DNA from: a virus
Taxonomy: Duplodnaviria > Caudoviricetes
Direction: 5' to 3' (one strand)
Virus record (IMG/VR): IMGVR_UViG_3300011335_000561
Span: 1-36,531 of that record
Length of the DNA: 36,531 nucleotides
The translations under genes were made by a program, and so were the position numbers. Shown here in pieces: positions 1 through 8,516 of the stretch (position 1 is the stretch's first letter; every line of letters begins with the position of its first letter). The notes under the pieces were generated by a model. The model did no database searches and was not told the origin of the DNA. It saw only the letters and a list, made by a program, of their open reading frames with translations.

Positions 1-117
1 TGGAGTAAACATTCCAATTTGACCAGCTGTTAAATTTGCTGTACTACCACTTGAAGCTAAAGCGATTGTACCTGATGCAGGAAGAAAGCTCTTCCTAAAC
101 GAATGTGGAAAATACAT
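1..117 (-). CDS. 5' part of virion structural protein (auxiliary capsid-like), truncated by window edge
   Basis: ATG at 117, open to base 1 (MYFPHSFRKSFLPASGTIALASSGSTANLTAGQIGMFTP); lies downstream of the capsid/ring genes, as in the crAss-like capsid module. Confidence 0.6.
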   Translation of the reverse strand, partial: MYFPHSFRKSFLPASGTIALASSGSTANLTAGQIGMFTP

Positions 118-184
118 AGTTTTTAAAATTTAAGGGGCTTATAAATAAAATTTTTTTATTGTGTTTATAATATAATATAAGGAA

Positions 185-649
185 TTATTTTAAGAATAAC
201 AATTTATATTTTGTTGAGTCAATTAAACTTTTAACATTGTCAAGTTCATTAACTATTTCACTGTGAGGCATAACTGATTGTAAAGCTATAACTTTATCTT
301 TTATTTTTCTAAGATAGTCAATACCTTCTTCTACAGAATTTAATTCTGCTGGGGCTGTATTAGGAAGTTCTAATATTTTTTCTTCAGCTCCTTGAAAGTG
401 TTCTACTAAATCATCAGCATGATCACCAATAGCTTCATAGAAAGATCCAAGAGCTTTATGAGCTGCATAAGAACCAAGCCCAGTAACTTTAAGATGTAAT
501 TTATGAAAGCTTGTTACACAGTTTAACAAGTCTTGAGCTAGTGCTGATGTTTGCATACATAGAGCACATGATTCAGATCCACCATCCATAGAAACCATAA
601 CGGTTACTGGATTAGATGAGAATATACTATTTCTAGATATTTTTTGCAT
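185..649 (-). CDS. Dps/ferritin-like four-helix-bundle protein
   Basis: FHKLHLKVTG..SYAAHKALGSFYE..DDLVE resembles the Dps H-x11-H...D-x3-E ferroxidase pattern. Confidence 0.75.
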   Translation of the reverse strand: MQKISRNSIFSSNPVTVMVSMDGGSESCALCMQTSALAQDLLNCVTSFHKLHLKVTGLGSYAAHKALGSFYEAIGDHADDLVEHFQGAEEKILELPNTAPAELNSVEEGIDYLRKIKDKVIALQSVMPHSEIVNELDNVKSLIDSTKYKLLFLK

Positions 650-659
650 ATATTATAAT

Positions 660-1361
660 TTAAGTATTTGTTTGTACAGCTTGTTGTTCTCTTTGATATT
701 GTGTAACACTTTCAATATCCCCAGCTAATATCATAGCTGTATTGTCAGCTATTATTTCAGCTACATCATCATTAAACTCACATGTTTGGTCAGATGTATA
801 AAAAGTACCATCTGCTATATCTATACAACCATTGAATTTAATTTCTCTAGGTTTTCTATAATATATCAAATGACATTCAGGAATAGCAAACTGATTGTTT
901 GTATAAACTTTAAGTTTATTACTCATTATAGTTGAAACTGTTTCAGCCCAGTCAAAATTTGGTTGTTTATTTTTATCATCTAATATGATAGATATATTAG
1001 CTTCTTCTACTTGGTAAACTGTCATCCTACGTGCAGGACAACATTCTTTCTCAGCAAATACATCTGTTCTAACATAGTGAAGATAATCATCTGGTAGATT
1101 AGAGCATTCATAATAAATACCTTTATCCACCATTGGTAATTCTACATGTTTTAATAACTTCTGTACATCATCAACTATTCCACTACTTTGTTCAGCACCT
1201 TCTTTACGGGTATTGATGGCATATAGTTGTCTTCTAGTCCATTCAATCTGAGCTTTATTAGCTGCTTCTTGAATCTGCCAACACTCTAGATTATCATAAT
1301 CCAATGAGGCTAACTTATTCAGTCTCTGCTTTATTTTAATCTGTAAGAGGTTATTATTCAT
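660..1361 (-). CDS. Virion ring/neck (head-tail connector) protein, crAss-like
   Basis: 233 aa, LPDDYLHY and YYRKP motifs typical of crAss-like ring/tubular proteins; position in capsid module. Confidence 0.65.
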   Translation of the reverse strand: MNNNLLQIKIKQRLNKLASLDYDNLECWQIQEAANKAQIEWTRRQLYAINTRKEGAEQSSGIVDDVQKLLKHVELPMVDKGIYYECSNLPDDYLHYVRTDVFAEKECCPARRMTVYQVEEANISIILDDKNKQPNFDWAETVSTIMSNKLKVYTNNQFAIPECHLIYYRKPREIKFNGCIDIADGTFYTSDQTCEFNDDVAEIIADNTAMILAGDIESVTQYQREQQAVQTNT

Positions 1362-1932
1362 AAGTTTTTATATAATTATTATATTCTTCTAAATCCTCAT
1401 TTTTATCACTATTGGCTAATAAATATATTCTAGCAAATTCTAATAATTCTGGGTCATCTCTAAAATGTCCTAATCCTCTATTACAATGATTGCAAAGCAT
1501 TTCTCTTACAAAATTATTTTTATGATCATGATCTACTACTAATTTTTCTATAGAACCACATATAGTACAGCATTCTGTTTTTAATAATTCAACTAAATCT
1601 TCATCAGTAATCATTGATCTATATAAACCTCTTCTAATTCCATTTCTATATGTGGCTCTACATACTTTACACCAACTATCAAGTTGATCTAATGTTTTAA
1701 AGTTTTTAGGAAAAAATTCATTAGTTCTTGGTTTTTCTAAATTACATTTAGTACAAACTTTATTTTCTGAAAAGCCTTGATTTAATATTTTTTTATTTCT
1801 ATATTGTGTTCCACAATGAATACTACAAAATACAGCTCCAGAATTTTTTAAAGTTTTTTCTATAGCATATTTTTGTCTTTCAAATTCTTTGTTACAAAAA
1901 CAACAATTTGATTTTATTTTAACTGATGCCAT
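1354..1932 (-). CDS. Endonuclease VII-family (His-Me) free-standing homing endonuclease
   Basis: CTICG..LVVDHDH..VREMLCNHCNRGLGHFRDD; N-terminal CxxC Zn modules. Confidence 0.85.
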   Translation of the reverse strand: MASVKIKSNCCFCNKEFERQKYAIEKTLKNSGAVFCSIHCGTQYRNKKILNQGFSENKVCTKCNLEKPRTNEFFPKNFKTLDQLDSWCKVCRATYRNGIRRGLYRSMITDEDLVELLKTECCTICGSIEKLVVDHDHKNNFVREMLCNHCNRGLGHFRDDPELLEFARIYLLANSDKNEDLEEYNNYIKTYE

Positions 1933-1933
1933 A

Positions 1934-2179
1934 TTAACATTTCCATTTTTTTCTTGCTAATCTTAATCTACTAGTAGGATCTTTAGCTGCTTTTGGAAAC
2001 ATTTTCATCTGTCCTGCAGATCTTGCACAGAAGGATTTTTTTCTAGGACCTCCTCCTGGTTGAGGAGCTTTAAGATGAGAACCTGGATGACTACTATTAT
2101 AAGAATCTCTTCCTTTTTGGTTTAACCCACCAGTTTTATTTTTACCTTCTTTTCTGGTCCAAGCTGGAGTCTTTGCCAT
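1934..2179 (-). CDS. Small basic conserved phage protein
   Basis: 81 aa Lys/Arg-rich, AWTRKEGK..GGLN..RKKSFCAR..KWKC. Confidence 0.8.
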   Translation of the reverse strand: MAKTPAWTRKEGKNKTGGLNQKGRDSYNSSHPGSHLKAPQPGGGPRKKSFCARSAGQMKMFPKAAKDPTSRLRLARKKWKC

Positions 2180-2183
2180 ATTA

Positions 2184-2417
2184 TTACTTTTTATAAGGAT
2201 GTTCTTTATGCCATTTCTTAACTGAAGCTATTCCTTGTTTAACAGTCTTAGCTTTAGATTTTTGTGTAAGATCTATAGTATCCCATTTACCTTTATCTGA
2301 TGTAGGATGGGTTACCATAATACTACCCTTTTTACCTTTACCTAAACCTGTAGCACTTTCTTTTTTATACACTACATGTTTTTCACCACCTGCTGTAACT
2401 TTAGTTTTCTTAGCCAT
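2184..2417 (-). CDS. Small basic protein
   Basis: 77 aa Lys-rich ORF tightly packed between neighbours. Confidence 0.75.
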   Translation of the reverse strand: MAKKTKVTAGGEKHVVYKKESATGLGKGKKGSIMVTHPTSDKGKWDTIDLTQKSKAKTVKQGIASVKKWHKEHPYKK

Positions 2418-3391
2418 TATTTTGGTAATCCTGCTTTAAAAGTTGTTGTTAAATCAGTAAAAGTTGATGCATCTTTTGCTAGTTTTTGAAAACTCACTAC
2501 ATCTATATAAGCTTCATATCCATCATCTACATTTATAAATGTACCACTCATAAAAAATATATCTCTTGTACTACCATTAATTAAATTTGTTCCACCTATT
2601 GATTTTATACCTGTAGAACCAGTTAAAAATGTTTGACCTGCATCTCTTATTTTTTCAGTAGCATACACCATTCTAGCAGATGTATCTGGTAAAGCAGCAA
2701 GAGCAGATTTAAATGGATATAATGTATCAGTTAATAAAAACTGTTGATAATCATTAATTAAAAAATTTGCACCTGAACCAAATGTAGGAACTGATCCATT
2801 AGCAGCTACCCAAGTGATGGCTGCAAGTACAGCACCACAAGATGTATTTAATGTAGTTTGTCCTCTACGTAAACTTTGTCCTACCACTCCACTATTAGAT
2901 ATACCTATATGAGGCATGTTAATTACAAATAAAGCTCCTGTATCAGTAATATGACTTGCAAAAGCTCCCAATCCTGTAATACCTGTATGAGGATAACCAG
3001 CTAATCCACCTGAATAAAAAGGTCCAAGAAATTCATTTACTGAATTTGGTCCTTGACCTATATTATCATAATCTATAAAGTTTGGTCCATTTAAATCATC
3101 AGAACAAGCTGAAATAGAAGTAACCATATTATTAGCAGGATACCCTAAGTTCTTTAAAAACTTCTTAGTATATTCTCCAAATGCTTGAGCTGATACAGCA
3201 TTAGGGTATGTAACTCTAACTGTATTAGTATAAGAAGTTGGATTTCTAAAATCTGTGTTTTCATTTAATACCTCAATCCAATCTCCTGGTTTAGGTTTTT
3301 TAAATGAATAAGTTAATGTACCAGCAGCTATAGAACCATCTGGTGTACGTAGTACATAAGGTTTTTTAGGTTTGGTATTATAACTTCTCAT
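2417..3391 (-). CDS. LCIB/theta-type (beta-like) carbonic anhydrase domain protein with N-terminal extension
   Basis: SACSDD, GGLAGYPHTGITGLGAFASH, PHIGIS..G.VG..R.GQ and SCGA motifs give the Cys-His-Cys Zn ligand set of the LCIB family. Confidence 0.8.
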   Translation of the reverse strand: MRSYNTKPKKPYVLRTPDGSIAAGTLTYSFKKPKPGDWIEVLNENTDFRNPTSYTNTVRVTYPNAVSAQAFGEYTKKFLKNLGYPANNMVTSISACSDDLNGPNFIDYDNIGQGPNSVNEFLGPFYSGGLAGYPHTGITGLGAFASHITDTGALFVINMPHIGISNSGVVGQSLRRGQTTLNTSCGAVLAAITWVAANGSVPTFGSGANFLINDYQQFLLTDTLYPFKSALAALPDTSARMVYATEKIRDAGQTFLTGSTGIKSIGGTNLINGSTRDIFFMSGTFINVDDGYEAYIDVVSFQKLAKDASTFTDLTTTFKAGLPK

Positions 3392-3392
3392 T

Positions 3393-3476
3393 TTACTTTT
3401 TAGATTTTATTTTTTTTTCTTGTTTAAGCATTTCAGCAGATGGTTTTTTTCCAGAGCCTTTAGCAGCCCTGATGTT
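3393..3476 (-). pseudogene. Orphaned 3' half of the small basic gene at 4095-4262
   Basis: No ATG at the 5' end of the frame; reads NIRAAKGSGKKPSAEMLKQEKKIKSKK*, paralleling NLRSKAAQNKKTGAKPKAPTKAMLSQEEKIKSKGK* upstream of the GIY-YIG gene. Confidence 0.65.
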
Positions 3477-4098
3477 ATATTATAACATGTTTCCAACTTT
3501 TACCTCGATGAATATCCTTCACAGAATGATAACTTACTTGTAAAGTATCTGCAACATGTTTAGGAAGAAGACCAGTTAACAAATGTTTCTTAATCTCAAT
3601 GACTTGTTCTTCTGTAAGTTTAGCCATTTTATGATTAGAACCAGTTTTCCAATTCTTTGATAAGTTTTCTAAATGTTTATTTCTATAATTCTCATCTTTC
3701 CAGTTCTGTTTTTGAGAAACTGATTTCTTATACTTAACTTCTTCAGTTCTTTTTATACCAATATTGCTACCAGCAATCTTAGCAATGTTGTAATGCGGTT
3801 CAAGACTATCTATATACCGTTGTTCAGTTTCTAGAATTTTATCAGTAAAACACTCACAAACAATCTCAAACTTAAAGTTATCTTCTCCATGTTTATTAAC
3901 TGCTCTAATTAGTTTAACACAAGTATTTTTATTAGAACGTATATCATGTATATGAGTGTAATATCTTTTTATTAAATTATTTGTACTTCCTATGTAAAAC
4001 TTACCGTCAATAGTATTAGTAATTTTATAAATAACTCCTCCTTTTTTCTTTTCAGAGAAGTATTTTTGTTTACACTCATCACTAATAACTAGTATCAT
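3475..4098 (-). CDS. GIY-YIG homing endonuclease with NUMOD/HTH DNA-binding tail
   Basis: GVIYKITN..KFYIGST..R..H, EQRYID..YN; KRTEEVK (NUMOD3-like); C-terminal AKLTEEQV..GKSWKH HTH. Confidence 0.9.
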   Translation of the reverse strand: MILVISDECKQKYFSEKKKGGVIYKITNTIDGKFYIGSTNNLIKRYYTHIHDIRSNKNTCVKLIRAVNKHGEDNFKFEIVCECFTDKILETEQRYIDSLEPHYNIAKIAGSNIGIKRTEEVKYKKSVSQKQNWKDENYRNKHLENLSKNWKTGSNHKMAKLTEEQVIEIKKHLLTGLLPKHVADTLQVSYHSVKDIHRGKSWKHVII

Positions 4099-4262
4099 TT
4101 ACCTTTACTTTTAATTTTTTCTTCTTGAGATAACATTGCTTTTGTGGGAGCTTTAGGTTTAGCACCAGTCTTCTTGTTCTGGGCAGCTTTGCTTCTCAAA
4201 TTATCCCATAATCCACGTTGAGAGGTAGAACCATCTTTACGTTTAATCATTTGCTTACCCAT
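4095..4262 (-). CDS. Small basic protein (55 aa), homing-endonuclease target gene
   Basis: MGKQMIKRKDGSTSQRGLWDNLRSK...KGK*; its TGA overlaps the GIY-YIG ATG (ATGA); below ORF-track cutoff. Confidence 0.75.
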   Translation of the reverse strand: MGKQMIKRKDGSTSQRGLWDNLRSKAAQNKKTGAKPKAPTKAMLSQEEKIKSKGK

Positions 4263-4263
4263 A

Positions 4264-4446
4264 TTATTTTATTTTAATAAGACTAGCCACTTTAATACTA
4301 TCAATCTTAACACTGTCTTTTACTTTTACACTGTCAATATCTTTTACTAAAACTGAATCAATAGGAGAAACTACTTCTGAACCTGATTGACAACTGTTTA
4401 ATATAACTAATGATACTAATACTAAACTTACAATTACTTTTTTCAT
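4264..4446 (-). CDS. Small lipoprotein
   Basis: MKK + hydrophobic stretch + LNSC lipobox, then DSV/DSI repeats. Confidence 0.7.
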   Translation of the reverse strand: MKKVIVSLVLVSLVILNSCQSGSEVVSPIDSVLVKDIDSVKVKDSVKIDSIKVASLIKIK

Positions 4447-4466
4447 GTTTTTATTTTGAGGGTTTA

Positions 4467-4646
4467 TTACTTTTTTTTCTTAGCACCTGCTATTTTATCA
4501 GCAAATGTTATTTTATTTTTAGGGGGAGCTAAAGCTGCAAACTTTTTCTGAGCAGGTGTTTTACCAACTATTCCACCTTTTTTCATTTGTGTATCTCTCA
4601 TCATAGTTCCATTAGACATACCACCCATTTCCATTTTCTTTTTCAT
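4467..4646 (-). CDS. Small basic protein (59 aa) with MxxGG motifs
   Basis: MKKKMEMGGMSNGTMMRDTQMKKGGIVGKTPAQKKFAALAPPKNKITFADKIAGAKKKK*. Confidence 0.7.
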   Translation of the reverse strand: MKKKMEMGGMSNGTMMRDTQMKKGGIVGKTPAQKKFAALAPPKNKITFADKIAGAKKKK

Positions 4647-4647
4647 A

Positions 4648-4791
4648 TTATTTGTTTTTAGAAATCTTTCTAAGAGTGATAGCTAAAGCTTTTCTTTTAG
4701 GAGTACAAGTGGATTTAGTCATAGGAGTACAATATCCTTTATGAGCTGGGTTAATAGCTCCTTTTATCCAATTTTTTTTACCTTTAGTCAT
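4648..4791 (-). CDS. Small basic protein (47 aa)
   Basis: MTKGKKNWIKGAINPAHKGYCTPMTKSTCTPKRKALAITLRKISKNK*. Confidence 0.7.
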   Translation of the reverse strand: MTKGKKNWIKGAINPAHKGYCTPMTKSTCTPKRKALAITLRKISKNK

Positions 4792-4804
4792 GTCTTATAA
4801 TTTT

Positions 4805-5821
4805 TTATTGATTCCAATGTTTTTCTACTTTCTTAGTTAAGTCTCCAAGAATTTCTTCATTTAGAGGATTTCTAAGATATTCTATTACATCAGTTAGATT
4901 ACGTCCTAATAATGTAGTAGTTTGCATATGATAAATAAACCCATCAGCTTTGGTAGCAATATATCTATAGTAATTACTTTCTTTCACTATAGCTTTAATT
5001 TTCAAAGCTTCCATATCTAAATTAGCAGCCTCAATAAACTTCTCTGCAGTTTTTCTTTTGTTCTTATCTACAGATTCTCCGTTAATATACTTATCCATGT
5101 TATCATAGATGATGTCATTAGGAGTGGTTTTTTTATACTGAGCACCATTGATGTCAAGTGTTTTAGCTACTAAGAATAACTTATTTTGATTCTTATTATA
5201 AAGTTTTTCTAATTCAGAAAGAGCTTTATTTCTAAGTTTCTTAACTTCTGTATTCACTGATGCACTCTCTTCAAGTTTATCTAAATAGAATTTAGGAGGA
5301 GTAGCCATTCTACGTGCTTCTTCTAAAGATTTAGCCACCATAGAAAATCCACCAGCTTCAATTGCATAAAGTCTAATTAAATCATAAGGATCTGTAGCTG
5401 GTTCTAAATGAACTGGTTCATTTCCACATCTGATTTTAATCTTATCCCAGAAATCACTATTATCTAGTTTAAGTAATTTTACTTTATTCCAGAACATTTC
5501 ATCATTAGGATCAATAACATTAGCAGCTAATTCTTTTTCTAACTGAGCCACTATGCTTCTAATTTGTTTCACCTTAGCTTCTAGTTCTTCTAAAGGAAGA
5601 TTTTTAACTTCAGGTGCATACTCATTTAATCCTGTAAGGTATCTTTTAATACCATTAATTTCTAAACAAGCAATAGTTTCTTCATGGAAAGCTCCGTCAA
5701 AAAGACTAAGTCCATACTTCTGTAAGCCCATATTATCTACTTGAATATCAAAATACGGACGTATTGCAATACTAGATTTCTTGTTCTGTGGATACTTTTC
5801 CACAATTGTTACACTACTCAT
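4805..5821 (-). CDS. Conserved crAss-like capsid-module protein (gene 75-like)
   Basis: 338 aa ORF downstream of the major capsid gene (YLTGLNEYAPEV..FWNKV..IEAGGFS..YLRNPLNEE); synteny. Confidence 0.65.
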   Translation of the reverse strand: MSSVTIVEKYPQNKKSSIAIRPYFDIQVDNMGLQKYGLSLFDGAFHEETIACLEINGIKRYLTGLNEYAPEVKNLPLEELEAKVKQIRSIVAQLEKELAANVIDPNDEMFWNKVKLLKLDNSDFWDKIKIRCGNEPVHLEPATDPYDLIRLYAIEAGGFSMVAKSLEEARRMATPPKFYLDKLEESASVNTEVKKLRNKALSELEKLYNKNQNKLFLVAKTLDINGAQYKKTTPNDIIYDNMDKYINGESVDKNKRKTAEKFIEAANLDMEALKIKAIVKESNYYRYIATKADGFIYHMQTTTLLGRNLTDVIEYLRNPLNEEILGDLTKKVEKHWNQ

Positions 5822-5896
5822 TTGTTGGTTTTTTTGTTTTTTTTATATATCTAATTCGGATTTATTCCGAGTAAACTATTCTAATTTTACATCAAA

Positions 5897-6433
5897 TTAT
5901 GATGTAGCAAAAGCTGTAGCAACTGCACCACTTCCTAAATTATTTCCTTCTACTAACCATTGTGTTGCAGAAATACAAGTAAATTTAAGATTTGTTCCAA
6001 TAAGACCCCCTGTTGTTGTACCTCCCATTGTTAAAGCTACATGAGTAGTACCATTTCCAGCAAAAAATTGTACAGCATTAGCTGTAGATGTTGTATCAGT
6101 ATCAAAACTAGCATAAGCACCTACTAAAAATGTAGATGAATTTGATGTAATTATTTTATAAGAATTACTTGTTACAGAACCTGTAGCAACAACTTGAAAA
6201 GTAAGTCCAACTTTAGCAATAGGAAGAGTGATTACAATACCAGCAGCTCTATCTAAAACAACAATTGATTTAGATTGATCTTCTCTTAATTTTACAGTAG
6301 ATCCAGAACCACTTATTATAGTAGTTTTATTAATGTTATCAATAATAGTATTTAAATGACCAAACTTTGCTAATGACATATCAGGTCCTTTTAACAAATT
6401 ATCATCTGGTGATTTTGGGTTAAATTTTTTCAT
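5897..6433 (-). CDS. Putative head fibre/decoration protein
   Basis: Short N-terminal segment (PKSPD..DMSLAKFGHLN) followed by a Thr/Gly/Ser beta-rich domain (ITLP..GLTF..TGG.IG..W). Confidence 0.55.
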   Translation of the reverse strand: MKKFNPKSPDDNLLKGPDMSLAKFGHLNTIIDNINKTTIISGSGSTVKLREDQSKSIVVLDRAAGIVITLPIAKVGLTFQVVATGSVTSNSYKIITSNSSTFLVGAYASFDTDTTSTANAVQFFAGNGTTHVALTMGGTTTGGLIGTNLKFTCISATQWLVEGNNLGSGAVATAFATS

Positions 6434-6466
6434 TCTTATATATTTTTAATTTGTTTAAATAATTGG

Positions 6467-6524
6467 AATCTAAGAAGAGTTGCCAGCTCTCTATGTGATC
6501 AGCATAGTTGGCATACCTTAGATT
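6467..6524 (-). ncRNA. Structured leader RNA upstream of the fibre-like gene
   Basis: AAUCUAAG/CUUAGAUU, UGCCA/UGGCA, CUAUG/CAUAG (loop CUGAUCA), AGAG/CUCU pairings. Confidence 0.5.
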
Positions 6525-6558
6525 AAAACCTATACTACTGAGAATACAGGGGGGAAAC

Positions 6559-6598
6559 TATTGGTGAATGGAGGGTAGAAATTACCCTCTCACCAATA
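6559..6598 (-). other. Strong hairpin after the 6604-6783 gene (terminator or processing site)
   Basis: TATTGGTGA..GAGGGTA / TACCCTC-TCACCAATA inverted repeat. Confidence 0.6.
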
Positions 6599-6603
6599 CT
6601 AAT

Positions 6604-6783
6604 TTAACATTTTTTTCCTTTCATACTACCACCCATTTTGTATTTAGTCATTGCTGACTTAGGTGCAGAAGAAGAAACTACTCCTTTACCAGCATTCTTA
6701 CCTACCATTACACCTTTTGTAGATGCAGAAGGACGACCACTAATTGGAGCAGAAGATTTTGGAGTTTTTGGATTACCTGCCAT
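6604..6783 (-). CDS. Small basic protein (59 aa) directly after the major capsid gene
   Basis: MAGNPKTPKSSAPISGRPSASTKGVMVGKNAGKGVVSSSAPKSAMTKYKMGGSMKGKKC*. Confidence 0.7.
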   Translation of the reverse strand: MAGNPKTPKSSAPISGRPSASTKGVMVGKNAGKGVVSSSAPKSAMTKYKMGGSMKGKKC

Positions 6784-6812
6784 GTTATTTTTATTTTAAA
6801 TTGTTTGTAATT

Positions 6813-6853
6813 AAAAAACAGGGACCTGGAGGAATTTCACCTCCAGGTTTGTT
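6813..6853 (-). terminator. Rho-independent terminator after the major capsid gene
   Basis: ACCTGGAGG/CCTCCAGGT stem followed on the minus strand by a T-run. Confidence 0.8.
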
Positions 6854-6865
6854 TAAAAGTTTTTA

Positions 6866-8485
6866 TTAGAATGATCCACCAGTTACAGGGTTTCTCATAA
6901 CAATTTTCAATACTTTGGTTGGATCTTTAACCCAAATTGCAGGCATTGTTTGTGTCATGAATACTCTATAACCATTGAAGTTACCAGAACTTTGGAATCC
7001 TTGAGTACGTCCCATGTAATCCATTGTACCATTTTGATAGAACCATTTCAATTGATTATCCCAAGATAATTTCAATAAGAAGATATTATCATTAGTGTTA
7101 TCAGTGATGTCAAAGATAATGAAATTATATGAACTTAATGGGAAACCATCAATAATTGGGTTTTCAATATCATTTGTATGAACATTGTCAAATGCAGGGT
7201 TCAATACAAATTTAACGTTAGCTAAGAATGGGATGATGTAACTAGTGTATGCAAAACCAAAGTTTAAGTCCATACCTGTACCAGTAACAGCTCCTAGTTC
7301 ATGAGCATTAAGAACTAAACCAGAATTAACTGCTTCTTTCTTAATTGCTTCATTAACAAGTTTCATACCACCCATACCTGTTTGTACAATCAAAGATCTT
7401 TGAGGATCTGGTCCTTTAAATTCAACTTTACCATTGAAGAAGTTGAAGATTTCAGATTTAAACAAGTCTAAGTTGAAAGAAGCTTTATTGTAAATTCTCT
7501 TATAAGAATTATCTAATTGCTTCCAAAGACCCACTGATAAACGAATATCATCTGGTCCATCTTGTCTAACCTTACCACCTTGACCCCACATTAAGTAAGT
7601 TTCAATGTCATTAGCAATTTTAGTTAAGTGTGCTGCTTCTAAAGTAGTTAAAAAAGAACGTGTAAGTTGACCATTAGCATAAGCTTTTTTTACATAGTCT
7701 TTACCCATTTTCTCAGCCATTGTTTCCAAATTGGTTACAGATGGATCTACATTTTTGTCAAAGTTTCTCCACATTTCAATAACTGGGATAGTACCATCAG
7801 CTTTCATACCACCTTTCATCATTAAGTCTGCACGACTAGAAATAGAATAGTGTACGTGAGCTTCTGCTCCACCAACATAGTTATAGAATTCACGGAAACC
7901 AGCAGATACATTACCTAAGTCTGAGAATCTTTCTCCATACTCTCCACGAGCAGAACCTTTTCTGAAAACTTTAGTACCCACTTTCAAATACTTGTTGTCT
8001 AAGTATTTAGTGTTATCATTGTTTACCAATTGTACAGTGTAGATAAAACCATCACCAGCTGGGATGATATCATCAACTGTAATGTACATTTCCACACCAT
8101 TGTACTTGTCATAAGTAATGATGTCACCATGTCCAAATGAACGTTTGTTCAATTTGATTTTAAATGTTTGACCATCAATACCTTTAGTAGCATTACTTGA
8201 TTCAATATCTTCAGTGATGTAAGGAAGATCTTGAGCTACAGGTATTTGCCATTTGTACTCACCACGGTTATTATCTACTGAAATAACATTCTTTCCACCA
8301 AAACTAGACATTTGGTATAATGGCATTTCTACTTTTTGAGCCATTGCCCATAAGTCCACTGGACCTAAATCTGTAGGTTCAGCTGATTTAAGGAGGTTAG
8401 AAAGGTGATAAGAGTCTACGTGTGAGCTTGTTTGATAATGGTTATCACGTAGAAATATACCATTATTTAAAACTGGAGTTGCCAT
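6866..8485 (-). CDS. Major capsid protein (crAss-like)
   Basis: 539 aa; YLMWGQGG, GLWKQL, TGMGG, NPAFD, IWVKDPTK motifs; position after the scaffold-like gene. Confidence 0.9.
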   Translation of the reverse strand: MATPVLNNGIFLRDNHYQTSSHVDSYHLSNLLKSAEPTDLGPVDLWAMAQKVEMPLYQMSSFGGKNVISVDNNRGEYKWQIPVAQDLPYITEDIESSNATKGIDGQTFKIKLNKRSFGHGDIITYDKYNGVEMYITVDDIIPAGDGFIYTVQLVNNDNTKYLDNKYLKVGTKVFRKGSARGEYGERFSDLGNVSAGFREFYNYVGGAEAHVHYSISSRADLMMKGGMKADGTIPVIEMWRNFDKNVDPSVTNLETMAEKMGKDYVKKAYANGQLTRSFLTTLEAAHLTKIANDIETYLMWGQGGKVRQDGPDDIRLSVGLWKQLDNSYKRIYNKASFNLDLFKSEIFNFFNGKVEFKGPDPQRSLIVQTGMGGMKLVNEAIKKEAVNSGLVLNAHELGAVTGTGMDLNFGFAYTSYIIPFLANVKFVLNPAFDNVHTNDIENPIIDGFPLSSYNFIIFDITDNTNDNIFLLKLSWDNQLKWFYQNGTMDYMGRTQGFQSSGNFNGYRVFMTQTMPAIWVKDPTKVLKIVMRNPVTGGSF

Positions 8486-8516
8486 AGGGCTTTAAATTTT
8501 AAGGGGTTATTAAATT

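Noticed and set aside
3393-4262. Group I intron around the first GIY-YIG gene
   Set aside because: No room for an intron core; both flanks are coding-like sequence abutting the ORF
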